Below the pieces are notes generated by a model that worked only from the letters and a program-made list of their open reading frames with translations, had not been told where the DNA came from and searched no databases. 26,329 bases of DNA, taken from an uncultured Verrucomicrobiota bacterium (lineage in GTDB: Bacteria; Verrucomicrobiota; Kiritimatiellia; JAAZAB01). Positions 6,720 to 15,101 of the stretch are shown piece after piece. The number at the start of each line of letters is the position of its first letter. Positions within the stretch are counted from its first letter, which is position 1. A program made the position numbers and the translations under genes. Where the stretch lies: assembly GCA_964565485.1 (NCBI GenBank), contig CAZMFH010000005.1:1-26329 (forward strand), in the 5' to 3' direction.

Positions 6720-6803
6720 AAAAAAACCTGTTCTATACTTGCGGAAAATCTGCGGGTGTCAAGCTTGTTTTTACGCAATGCGCAGCCCCGCAGACCTGGC
6801 AGT

Positions 6804-6917
6804 GCTGCGTCATGCTCGGCGGCTCGCCCGGAGGTCTCGCCCCACCAAAGCCACATTTGGCTGTAATGATCGGGCGAAGCGTCCCGGCCGAGCCGTCTTT
6901 TTTGAACATGACGCAGC
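6804..6917. other. Structured multi-stem hairpin (candidate ncRNA or miniature repeat element)
   Basis: Nested complementary segments: 6804-6814/6907-6917 (11 bp perfect), 6818-6826/6889-6897 (9 bp with one G-U), 6837-6842/6872-6877 (6 bp) and 6849-6853/6858-6862 (5 bp). Confidence 0.55.
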
Positions 6918-6933
6918 CCCGGCAGGGGGAGGC

Positions 6934-6987
6934 TTGACATTTCGTCTGTGCGTGTTACCATATTACGTTTTTACGAAAACGTAACAC
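6934..6987 (+). promoter_or_regulatory. nikR operon promoter with overlapping candidate NikR operator
   Basis: TTGACA (6934-6939)-N16-TACCAT (6956-6961) with an extended -10 TG. GTGTTAC (6952-6958) and GTAACAC (6981-6987) are inverted, and there is an inner 9-bp palindrome TTACGTTTT-N4-AAAACGTAA (6963-6984). Confidence 0.6.
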
Positions 6988-6989
6988 CA

Positions 6990-7409
6990 ATGAAAAAACA
7001 AAAACAGACACTTTGCAGGTTCAGCGTTTCCATGGCGGCGGATTTGCTGAAGCAGTTTGATTTGATGATCAAGAGCCGCGGCATGCGCAATCGCTCACAG
7101 GCGCTGGCGGAAGTGGCGCGCGCGCAATTGGTTGAACATTATGCGCAACTGGGCAATCATCAGATTGCCGGCACGGTTACCATGGTGTATGATCACCATC
7201 AGCGCAATATTCAGCCGCTGTTGACGGAGATTCAGCATGCGCACGGCGCTTTGATTATTGCCGCATTGCACGTTCATCTTGACCACCATAACTGCATGGA
7301 AGTGCTTGCTGTGCGCGGCCAGGCGGCGGCAATTCAAAAAATGACTGATGCGCTTTTGGCGGTTAAAGGCGTTCAACACGGCAAATTAACAGTCACAACA
7401 ACCGGATAA
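6990..7409 (+). CDS. nikR: Nickel-responsive transcriptional regulator NikR
   Basis: Ribbon-helix-helix N-terminus (RFSVSM...NRSQA) and Ni-site motifs YDHH, QH and HVHLDHHNCMEV. Start set at ATG 6990 (139 aa). Confidence 0.95.
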   Translation: MKKQKQTLCRFSVSMAADLLKQFDLMIKSRGMRNRSQALAEVARAQLVEHYAQLGNHQIAGTVTMVYDHHQRNIQPLLTEIQHAHGALIIAALHVHLDHHNCMEVLAVRGQAAAIQKMTDALLAVKGVQHGKLTVTTTG

Positions 7410-7423
7410 AGGGGAAAGGCGCA

Positions 7424-9346
7424 ATGTTCAATAAGTTTTTACGGCGGATGGTTTTGGGCCTGGTTTTGTTTGGGGCATGGGTGGCGGATGCGGAAGAGCC
7501 GGACACGAATGCGCCTTTTGCTTTTGTGGCTGAAGAAATAGTGGTAACCGCCACGCGCATGGCCAGAAAAGTCAAGGATGTAACTTCGGCTGTCAGCGTG
7601 ATTGATGAAAAGGAAATAGAATCCGCCAATGCGGATTATGTAATGGATGTTATCGGCAGTTGTCCGGGCGTTTATATTCGGCGTGATGCGATTTATGGTC
7701 GGCAGGATATTGAAATTCGCGCGCTGGGTTCCAATGCGCGAAGGATTTTGACGCTTGTGGACGGGCGTCCGGAAAAGATGTCCCTTTTCGGCTGCACGGT
7801 TACCCAGACTTTACCGCTTTCCAATGTCGAGCGGATTGAGGTTGTGCGCGGACCGGAATCGGCGCTTTACGGTTCGGATGCGATGGGCGGAGTTGTCAAT
7901 ATCATCACCAAACGCGTTACCGACCCCGGCTTTCAATCCGGCGGTTTGTTTTCCTTCGGCAGTTACAACACTTTGCACGCTTTGGCGCGACATGGCGGCA
8001 ATATTCATGGCTTTGATTACTATGCCACTTATGATCACAAGCAGACAGACGGGTATCGTCCGAATTCGAGCTATGACGCCGATTTTCTTTCACTGCGCAC
8101 CGGCTATCAGCTTGACGAGATCTGGCGTCTTGAACTTGCGGGCCAGCATTTCCATGATTACGGCAAGGATCCGGGTCCGGTTACCAATCCATATACGCAT
8201 GACGACCGGCGGAAATACAGGCGTTATTCCTGGGATGCCGATCTGATCGGCAAGTGGGATGATGACGCCGAATTCGGTTTGACCTTCTATGAAAATGCCG
8301 GCGAGCATGATTTTACCATGCCGTCCATTGCCGATTACTGGCATTCCAAGGATCGCACAATGGGGTTGCAGACGAAATATGCCCGCAAGCTGTTTGAAAC
8401 CGATTGTTTGCGGGAAGTGCTGACGGCAGGGTATGATTATCAGCATCAATGGGCTGCGCCGCAGGAGGATTGGATCGCCTGGGCGCGCGCCAATATGCCG
8501 GCCAGATTCATGGATTTTGGCGATTACACACGCAATAACCATGCTCTTTTTGTCTTTAACGAATTGACTTACGGTTGTTGGGTCAATACGCTCGGCTTGC
8601 GCGGGCATTGGGACGACACGGCGGAAAAATGGGAGGCCATTCCGTCTGCCGGCTTGCTTTGCCATGTTACGGATTCGACCACCGCGCGCGCCAAGGCGGC
8701 CAAGGGTTTTCGGCAGCCTGCGTTCAGCGAATTGCATTTGTTTCCGGCGCATAACGAAGAGCTTCGTCCGGAGAAGGTTTGGAGTTATGAGCTGGGTTTG
8801 AACCAGCAGTTTGCGCAGTGCTTGAGCGCCTTTGTTAATCCGTTCTATATGGATGTCGGCAATCTGATTCAGCAGGAAGCCAATGCGGCGCCGCCGCCAA
8901 ATTTTATTAATCGCAATTCCGGGCAATTTCATATCCGCGGTTTGGAGACGGGTGTGGAGATCAGGCCGTCGGACAAGCTGGAGTTTGGGCTTGTTTATAC
9001 CCTCACGGATGTCGAGGATGGTCCGGAGCATAATCCGCATCTGAACCGTGAAGGCAAGCCGGAGCATATTTTTAATGCGGTGGCTCAATGGCGTATCGGC
9101 AAGTTGACGCTGACCTGTGATGCCGAATATGTCTTGGGTTTGTATGATAGTGATTTGCTGGCCGGAGGCGCCATTCAAAAAGTTTCTGATTTCTTTGTCG
9201 CCAACATCAAAGGTTCTTATGCGTTGCAGCAATATCTCGATCTGTTCATGGGGGTGGATAATATCTTTGATCGGGATTATGAGCAAATCCCAGGTTATCC
9301 CATGCCGGGAGTAACGGTCTTTGCCGGCCTTAAGGCGCAAATTTAA
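7424..9346 (+). CDS. TonB-dependent outer-membrane receptor
   Basis: Signal peptide, TonB-box-like EEIVVTATR, plug motif VERIEVVRGPESALYGSDAMGGVVNIITK, and C-terminal GVDNIFDRDY...PG. Confidence 0.93.
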   Translation: MFNKFLRRMVLGLVLFGAWVADAEEPDTNAPFAFVAEEIVVTATRMARKVKDVTSAVSVIDEKEIESANADYVMDVIGSCPGVYIRRDAIYGRQDIEIRALGSNARRILTLVDGRPEKMSLFGCTVTQTLPLSNVERIEVVRGPESALYGSDAMGGVVNIITKRVTDPGFQSGGLFSFGSYNTLHALARHGGNIHGFDYYATYDHKQTDGYRPNSSYDADFLSLRTGYQLDEIWRLELAGQHFHDYGKDPGPVTNPYTHDDRRKYRRYSWDADLIGKWDDDAEFGLTFYENAGEHDFTMPSIADYWHSKDRTMGLQTKYARKLFETDCLREVLTAGYDYQHQWAAPQEDWIAWARANMPARFMDFGDYTRNNHALFVFNELTYGCWVNTLGLRGHWDDTAEKWEAIPSAGLLCHVTDSTTARAKAAKGFRQPAFSELHLFPAHNEELRPEKVWSYELGLNQQFAQCLSAFVNPFYMDVGNLIQQEANAAPPPNFINRNSGQFHIRGLETGVEIRPSDKLEFGLVYTLTDVEDGPEHNPHLNREGKPEHIFNAVAQWRIGKLTLTCDAEYVLGLYDSDLLAGGAIQKVSDFFVANIKGSYALQQYLDLFMGVDNIFDRDYEQIPGYPMPGVTVFAGLKAQI

Positions 9347-9377
9347 ATTTGCAATGGTTCGTTGCGACTGGTTTATC

Positions 9378-10247
9378 ATGGCGCAGAAAGGCAAATATTT
9401 TGCGAGGTTTGGCGCGCTGGTTATTTTTGCCGCCATGTCTTGGCGCCTTTGCGCCCCAATTGGCGCAGAACCTGCCGCGCAGGCGCAGGCGTTGGCCGGC
9501 CTGCCGCCTTTGCGGATCGTATGCACAACCACATTGATTGCTTCAATTGCCGAGGCCTTGGGCGGCACGAATATTGTCGTGCGGACGATTATTCCGTATG
9601 GTATGTGTCCGGGGCATTTCGATTTGACTCCCGGTGAGGTCAATCAGATCAAGCAAGCCGATTTGCTGTTTTATCACGGGTTTGAACGCTTCCTGCGCAA
9701 CCTGGCTCCGCCCAAAGGCGCGAAGCTTGTGCGGATTGGAGTGGCCGGAAACTGGATGATTCCGCGTTTGCACAAAGAGGCGGTTTCTGAATTGATGGAA
9801 GTTTTGGCGCGGCAGCGTCCGGATTTGTCCGCTTGCTTGGCGGATCGTGGCGCGGCATATCTGGATGCAATCACCCGTGCCGATCAATTTTGGCGGGCGC
9901 AAATGCATGTTTGCGCCGGTGTGCCGGTTGTTTGTTCGCAAATCAATCGCGATTTTGTGGAATGGATGGGATTGGTTGTGGCGGCTGATTTTAGGCGTGA
10001 CGAGGAAATGTCGCTTAAAAGCATGCATGCCGCGCTTGCGGCGGGACGGACGCAATCCGCCAGGCTGGTTTTGGACAACACGCAGAGCAGCGGCAAAGTC
10101 GGGCAGACCTTGGCGGAGGCGTTGCAGATTCCGCTGGTGATGCTCAGTAATTTTCCCGTGCCGGATCGGCGGAATGACGCTCAATTTTATTATCTGGCGG
10201 CCTTGTCGAATAATTGCCAAGCGGTCATACGGGCTTTAACGCCATAA
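9378..10247 (+). CDS. Metal ABC transporter substrate-binding protein (ZnuA/TroA-like, atypical ligands)
   Basis: IVCTTTLIASIAEALGG, PYGMCPGHFDLTP and ADLLFYHGFE patterns. Start set at ATG 9378 after the receptor stop. Confidence 0.85.
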   Translation: MAQKGKYFARFGALVIFAAMSWRLCAPIGAEPAAQAQALAGLPPLRIVCTTTLIASIAEALGGTNIVVRTIIPYGMCPGHFDLTPGEVNQIKQADLLFYHGFERFLRNLAPPKGAKLVRIGVAGNWMIPRLHKEAVSELMEVLARQRPDLSACLADRGAAYLDAITRADQFWRAQMHVCAGVPVVCSQINRDFVEWMGLVVAADFRRDEEMSLKSMHAALAAGRTQSARLVLDNTQSSGKVGQTLAEALQIPLVMLSNFPVPDRRNDAQFYYLAALSNNCQAVIRALTP

Positions 10248-10251
10248 GCGG

Positions 10252-11040
10252 GTGATCATGCAGCCGTTTTTATCAATTGAACATTTGCGTGTGGCGCGCC
10301 GCCACAAAATTGTTTTGGATGATTTTTCGCTGGCATTAAACAAGGGCGATGCCGTGGCGGTTCTTGGCGCGAACGGCGTTGGGAAGACAACGCTTTTGCG
10401 GTGCATTATGGGGTTCATTGCGCCCGCTGCCGGGGAGATCAGGTTTGCCGGCGCGCATGTCGGTAATTTCCGGCAGTTGCGCAAGCGCATTGGCTATGTG
10501 CCGCAGAATCCGGCCATTGATTTCAAAATGCCATTGAGCGCGCGCGAAGTGGTTGCCATGGGGCGGTTGAGCATTGCCGGCATCGGGCGGCGGCTTGATG
10601 CGGAGGATTATCTGGCAGTTGACGAGGCGTTGCAGGAGACCGGGATGGCTGCTCTGGCGCAGCGTCCGATTGGCCATCTCTCCGGCGGCGAGATGCAGAA
10701 AGTTCAGCTTGCGCGGGCCTTGTGTCGGAGGCCGGAGTTGTTATTGCTTGACGAACCGACCGGCAATTTGGATCTGGGCGCACAGCAGGAATGCCTCGCA
10801 TTGATCGGACGCATGCATGTCCGGCATGGCTTGACGACCATGATTGTGATGCATGATTTAAAATCCATTGCTTGCCGATGCGAACGCGCCGTTATCATTG
10901 ATGATGCGCGCAAAGTGTTTGACGGCGTCATGAGCGATGTTTTTGTCGAATCAAATCTGAAGCACCTCTATAAGCGTCAGGCGCCGTCCGTCCTTCAGGC
11001 GCTGCTTGCGGATTTGGCGCGGAGCGGGAGCCGGGTATGA
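10252..11040 (+). CDS. Metal ABC transporter ATP-binding protein (ZnuC-like)
   Basis: Walker A GANGVGKTT, Q-loop GYVPQ, signature LSGGE, Walker B LLLLDEP, switch HD. Confidence 0.93.
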   Translation: MIMQPFLSIEHLRVARRHKIVLDDFSLALNKGDAVAVLGANGVGKTTLLRCIMGFIAPAAGEIRFAGAHVGNFRQLRKRIGYVPQNPAIDFKMPLSAREVVAMGRLSIAGIGRRLDAEDYLAVDEALQETGMAALAQRPIGHLSGGEMQKVQLARALCRRPELLLLDEPTGNLDLGAQQECLALIGRMHVRHGLTTMIVMHDLKSIACRCERAVIIDDARKVFDGVMSDVFVESNLKHLYKRQAPSVLQALLADLARSGSRV

Positions 11041-11843
11041 TGGAATTCTGGCAACACGAGTTTTTTCGGAATGCCCTGTTGGCCTGCCTGTTGGGAGGAA
11101 GCGGCTTGGCGCTGATTGGGGTTTGCTTGACCTTGCTGGATTTGCCTTTCCTTGGCATCAGCATGTCGCATGCCGCTTTTCTTGGCGGAGTGGTCGGCTT
11201 GTTGTGCGGCTTTAACCCGCTGCTCGGCGCTTTGGGCGCTTGTACGCTGGCCGGGTTGCTGATCGGGCCGCTGGCCGACAAAACGGGCGCATCCTCCAAT
11301 GTGATTTTGGCGGTTTTATTTTCGGCGGTGATGGGGGCGGCGTTTCTTTTGTTGGCCAGGATTCCTGGGCCAAAGAGCGAGGCCTTGAACCTGATTTGGG
11401 GCAGTATTTTAACCATTTCGCGCGCGGAACTGGTTGTGCTGGGGTTGATCTATGCGCTGGCGCTGGGCTTGTTGGTTGTGTTTTTTAAGGAAATTGCGGC
11501 GATATGCCTGAGTCGTGAGATCGCGGCAGCTTGCGGGGTGCCGGAAAAATTTTTTTATTATGGCTTGCTTGTCATGGCTGGATTATTGATTGGCGCCAGT
11601 TTGGATATTGTCGGCGGGCTGCTGGTTTTTGCTTTGCTGGTCAATCCGTCCGGCGCGGCCTATCAGCTTACCTATCGTCTCAAGACGATGTTTGTTCTGG
11701 CGACTGTCTTTGGGGTTGCGTCCTGTCTGTCCGGTTTGTTATGTTCTTATTGGTTTGATGTTCCATCCGGAGCTGTTATTGTGCTGTGTTCTTCCGGTAT
11801 TTATCTGCTGGCCTTTCTTGTTTCGCCCAAACGTCGCATGTAG
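11037..11843 (+). CDS. Metal ABC transporter permease (ABC-3/ZnuB-like)
   Basis: Polytopic membrane protein with SMSHAAFLGG, LIWGSIL and VGGLLVFALLVNP motifs; overlaps the ATPase stop by 4 nt. Confidence 0.9.
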   Translation: MMEFWQHEFFRNALLACLLGGSGLALIGVCLTLLDLPFLGISMSHAAFLGGVVGLLCGFNPLLGALGACTLAGLLIGPLADKTGASSNVILAVLFSAVMGAAFLLLARIPGPKSEALNLIWGSILTISRAELVVLGLIYALALGLLVVFFKEIAAICLSREIAAACGVPEKFFYYGLLVMAGLLIGASLDIVGGLLVFALLVNPSGAAYQLTYRLKTMFVLATVFGVASCLSGLLCSYWFDVPSGAVIVLCSSGIYLLAFLVSPKRRM

Positions 11844-11859
11844 GGGAAAGGAGCGGGTT

Positions 11860-12756
11860 ATGTTTTGGACAAGTTTTCTTGAGTCGCTCCGGCATTACAG
11901 CACGGAAATTATCCCGGCTTTGGTGGTTGGTTTCCTTTTGAGCGGCTTGCTGCATGAATTTCTGCCTGACCGGTGGGTGCGCGCCAATCTGAGCGGACGC
12001 GCCCTCAAAGGCATTTTGTATGCCACCTTGATCGGCACGTTGGTGCCCGTCTGTTGCTGGGGATGCTTGCCTTTGGCCATCAGCATGCGCAAAAAAGGCG
12101 CTTCGTTAGGGCCGATTCTGGCGCTTTTGGTGGCGACGCCGGCTACTTCCATTAATGCCTTGATTGTTACGGGCAGTTTATTGGGAATAAAATTTGCCGC
12201 CTACCTCTTTGGGGCGGTTGTCGCCATGGGGGTTGGCATCGGCTTGGTTGGAAACAGGTTGACAGCTCGTCCGTTGGCGCAAAATACGGAAAGTTGCGCT
12301 TGTCATGATCGTCCTGTGGATGATGACAGAAAAGATGGCCGGCCCTTTGGACTTCGAATCCGGGCGGCTTTGAAATTTGCCGCCGTGGATATGCCGAAGA
12401 CCATTGGCAAGGAACTGCTGTTGGGTCTGGTGCTGGCGGCGCTGGTCAATTCGGTGCTGCCCATCGGGATATTTGTGCGCAGTTATTTGATCGGGTTGCG
12501 CGGTTATGTTTTTGCCGTGGTGCTCGGTTTGCTGATGTACATGTGTGCCACGATGAGTGTGCCTTTGGTTGATGCCTTGATCCGACAAGGCATGGATGTC
12601 GGCGCCGGTTTTGTTCTGCTCCTGATCGGGCCGATTACAAGTTATGCGACGATCCTGGTGATTTGGAAGGAATTCGGCTGGAAAGTTCTGGCGGTTTTTC
12701 TGTCATTTATTTGTTTGCTGGCTGTCCTGCTGGGCTATCTTTACACCTTGATTTAG
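11860..12756 (+). CDS. Predicted permease, DUF318/ArsP-like
   Basis: Two repeats with PVCCWGCLP and YMCATMSVP motifs, plus ATPATS and LLIGPIT. True start ATG 11860 after an AAGGAG RBS, not 11590. Confidence 0.85.
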   Translation: MFWTSFLESLRHYSTEIIPALVVGFLLSGLLHEFLPDRWVRANLSGRALKGILYATLIGTLVPVCCWGCLPLAISMRKKGASLGPILALLVATPATSINALIVTGSLLGIKFAAYLFGAVVAMGVGIGLVGNRLTARPLAQNTESCACHDRPVDDDRKDGRPFGLRIRAALKFAAVDMPKTIGKELLLGLVLAALVNSVLPIGIFVRSYLIGLRGYVFAVVLGLLMYMCATMSVPLVDALIRQGMDVGAGFVLLLIGPITSYATILVIWKEFGWKVLAVFLSFICLLAVLLGYLYTLI

Positions 12757-12761
12757 CCTGA

Positions 12762-12797
12762 ATTCTGCTTTCAAAAGTTGACTTTTGAAAGCAATTC
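12762..12797. repeat. 36-bp palindrome (terminator-like; related to 15920-15955)
   Basis: TGCTTTCAAAAGT-TG-ACTTTTGAAAGCA is a perfect 13-bp inverted repeat just after the permease stop, between convergent ORFs. Confidence 0.75.
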
Positions 12798-12841
12798 TTA
12801 TGATGACGCGCGATTTTGCAACCAAGACCATCCTGGCCTCA

Positions 12842-13093
12842 TCACGGATTGTTTGGTTTGGGGGAGCTTTGTTGTTGTTTTGCTGTGCTTTTACCGAATC
12901 GGCAATAAAACCAGATGGCAATCAAGAAAGCCGCGAAAAAATAGGCCGGAGCATATTCGATTAGCACCGTTTGCCAGGTGTTTTGTGGATGTTTGTGCAA
13001 GGCAATTAAAGTTGCCGCAATCATGCCTGTTGCCAGTCCGATCGGATTGCCGGGTGAGGCAAAGGCTGAGTTTTTGTTTATGCTTTGGGGCAT
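12842..13093 (-). CDS. Small hypothetical membrane protein (83 aa, two TM segments)
   Basis: Hydrophobic segments IGLATGMIAATLIAL and YAPAYFFAAFLIAIWFYC; fills an otherwise empty intergenic region. Confidence 0.5.
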   Translation of the reverse strand: MPQSINKNSAFASPGNPIGLATGMIAATLIALHKHPQNTWQTVLIEYAPAYFFAAFLIAIWFYCRFGKSTAKQQQSSPKPNNP

Positions 13094-13205
13094 TTTCCGC
13101 TTTCACGAAAATTGACGGCGTTTTTGTTATTAAATTTGAAATTGATTTTTATTTCAAGCATATTCCGAAGAGCATGCAAACGAAAAAAGTGTTGGAAACA
13201 TACCG

Positions 13206-13233
13206 TTGACAGTGAATCCATAACAGCTATTAT
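13206..13233 (+). promoter_or_regulatory. Sigma70-type promoter
   Basis: TTGACA-N16-TATTAT upstream of the AGAAGG RBS and ATG 13260. Confidence 0.55.
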
Positions 13234-13259
13234 AACCGTCCAAAAGAAGGTTGTTGCTT

Positions 13260-14120
13260 ATGAAGAACAAACCGAATGCAATCATGGCGGTGATGGCGAT
13301 CTGTCTGACCTCTTGTGCGGTCTTGTCTGCTACGCCGGTTTCATTGACGCTGCGGCTTGTGCCGGCGAAGGCAATGCTCTATGAGCGTGTTAAGGCCAGC
13401 ATTTCCATCCGCAATAATAGCGGGCAATTATTATCGTTTGATTCCGGTCAGGAAGGTGCGGCGCGGTTTGATCTGGATGTGGAGTACGGCAAAAACCGTT
13501 TTCTGGAGAGCCGCGCAGTCGCGTCTTTGTTGCAGGGCGTTCGGGTCATGCCGGGTGAAACACGCATTGTTGAGTGCGACCTGACGGATATTTATGCCAT
13601 CCATACCGTTGGCCGTTATCGTGTGACTGCCGTTTTGGATTGGAACCGGCAGACGTATCTTTCCAAGGCGGCGGTGCTGGATATCGAGAAAGGCATCGAA
13701 TTGCAGCGTCTGAGTGCGGGCATGCCCGGCGATGCTTCCGTGGCGCGCAATTATGTATTGGCTTTTTTACAGCGGGATAATCATGAGGTGCTTTGTCTGC
13801 GGATAGAGGATGCGGGTGGGGGCAATATATACGGATTGTTTGAGCTTGGCCCGATGTTGCGCACGCGTCCGCCTGTTTTGAATATTGATTCCGCCGGCAA
13901 TGTGCATGTTTTTTTTCAGGCGGTTGGCATGGCTTACATCCATTCGGCGTTTACCCCTTATGGCGTTCACTTGTTTTCAACCGATACGCGCCTGGCGTCG
14001 GAACAGGGCGAGATTGTTCAAAGCAATCTGCCTGCGGCGGCTGATTCGGTGGGTGCGCGTCAAAAGCCTTCCGGCGGCATGCTGGGCCGGTATTTCAATT
14101 CCAGCAAAGGCGCAGATTGA
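13260..14120 (+). CDS. Secreted hypothetical protein with a probable beta-sandwich N-terminal domain
   Basis: Signal peptide-like MKNKPNAIMAVMAICLTSCAVLSA; beta-strand-rich; no recognised catalytic motif. Confidence 0.75.
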   Translation: MKNKPNAIMAVMAICLTSCAVLSATPVSLTLRLVPAKAMLYERVKASISIRNNSGQLLSFDSGQEGAARFDLDVEYGKNRFLESRAVASLLQGVRVMPGETRIVECDLTDIYAIHTVGRYRVTAVLDWNRQTYLSKAAVLDIEKGIELQRLSAGMPGDASVARNYVLAFLQRDNHEVLCLRIEDAGGGNIYGLFELGPMLRTRPPVLNIDSAGNVHVFFQAVGMAYIHSAFTPYGVHLFSTDTRLASEQGEIVQSNLPAAADSVGARQKPSGGMLGRYFNSSKGAD

Positions 14121-14129
14121 TCCTTCCGT

Positions 14130-15101
14130 TCAGGTGGCGACGGCAATCCACCAGACGCTCAGGCCGAAAAAGAGAATGTTGATCATCAAGGGGATATCGG
14201 TCAGCAGAATGGCTTCCGGCTGGTCGCCCATTGCTTTGCGGTAAACGAGGTGGAGATAGCGGAAGATTCCGAAAATCACGAAAGGAATGGTCAGGCACAA
14301 CCAGGGTGTTTCAAACTTGGCGACGGTATCGGGCCATTGCGTGTAGATCGAATAGGTTACAATGACGGCGCCGGCGGCGATGGCGATCAATTGGTCGAAA
14401 AGTTTTTCATTATCGGCATCCAGATTCGGGCGGAATGTAAAGACATTTGTTTCCGCCGCAAGTTGTTTTTCCCGCCGGCGTTTGCAGAGCGCCAGAAAGA
14501 GAGCCATCAGGAATCCGCAAATTAACAGCCATGGCGAAATGATGACGTTGACTGCAAAACCGCCCGCCAGCGCGCGCAGCACGAATCCGATTGCGATCAC
14601 GAAGACATCAATCAGGGCGAGTTGTTTAAGCCAGAGTGTGTAGGCGATTTGTAAAAAGACATAGGCGATTGCTGTTAAGGCAAAGCCTGGTGTGATGAAC
14701 CAGGCGCTTCCAATGCCCGCGCCGAGCAGAACAAATGTGGCGCTCCATGCCCAGGCTTCCGGCAGTTTTCCCGCCGCCAGCGGACGCAGGCGTTTAACCG
14801 GATGCGCGCGGTCGCGTTCGACATCCATGAGGTCATTGAAGATGTAGATGGCGCTTGAAATTGCGACAAATAAGACACCGGCCAGCAGCGCCCAGGCGAA
14901 GAGATGCGGATTGATATGTTGCTTTTTGTCGCCTAACGCGAAGAAAAACGCGGCTAAAACAACCATGTTTTTGGTCCATTGCCTCGGACGCATGGCGCGC
15001 AAGAGCGCTGTCCAGCGCGCCGCCGGCGGTGTGTCCGTCTTTTGGGTGGGCGCGGCGGGAATGGCATCTTGCATCTGCGTAAAACGATTATTGACCGTCA
15101 T
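14130..15101 (-). CDS. UbiA-family prenyltransferase (decaprenyl-phosphate phosphoribosyltransferase-like)
   Basis: RAMRPRQWTKN and YIFNDLMDVERDRAHPVKRLRPLAAG motifs, multiple TM helices, KRRRE. Confidence 0.9.
   Translation of the reverse strand: MTVNNRFTQMQDAIPAAPTQKTDTPPAARWTALLRAMRPRQWTKNMVVLAAFFFALGDKKQHINPHLFAWALLAGVLFVAISSAIYIFNDLMDVERDRAHPVKRLRPLAAGKLPEAWAWSATFVLLGAGIGSAWFITPGFALTAIAYVFLQIAYTLWLKQLALIDVFVIAIGFVLRALAGGFAVNVIISPWLLICGFLMALFLALCKRRREKQLAAETNVFTFRPNLDADNEKLFDQLIAIAAGAVIVTYSIYTQWPDTVAKFETPWLCLTIPFVIFGIFRYLHLVYRKAMGDQPEAILLTDIPLMINILFFGLSVWWIAVAT

Noticed and set aside
6712-6759. 9-bp inverted copy of the tRNA 5' end (ACACCCGCA/TGCGGGTGT)
   Set aside because: It is short, overlaps the tRNA's probable -35 (TTGACA at 6762-6757), and is not an att-type direct repeat. 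Probably chance.
6645-6961. Short ORFs at 6645-6866, 6683-6937, 6710-6961 and 6739-6984
   Set aside because: They overlap the tRNA and the structured or promoter region (MERAKGIEPS is the typical antisense-tRNA translation).
9320-9346. TonB receptor ends in Ile rather than the usual C-terminal Phe
   Set aside because: The alternating hydrophobic terminal strand is intact and such variants occur, so there is no evidence of truncation.
8090-9643. 517-aa antisense ORF over the TonB receptor, and similar long shadow ORFs (9543-10220, 19721-20368, 21679-22398, 24452-25108, 25337-26167)
   Set aside because: They lie antisense to well-supported genes, have no motifs, and are expected from codon bias in GC-rich coding DNA.
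13100-13116. parS-like GCTTTCACGAAAATTG
   Set aside because: Only about 9/16 matches to TGTTTCACGTGAAACA, and it is not palindromic.
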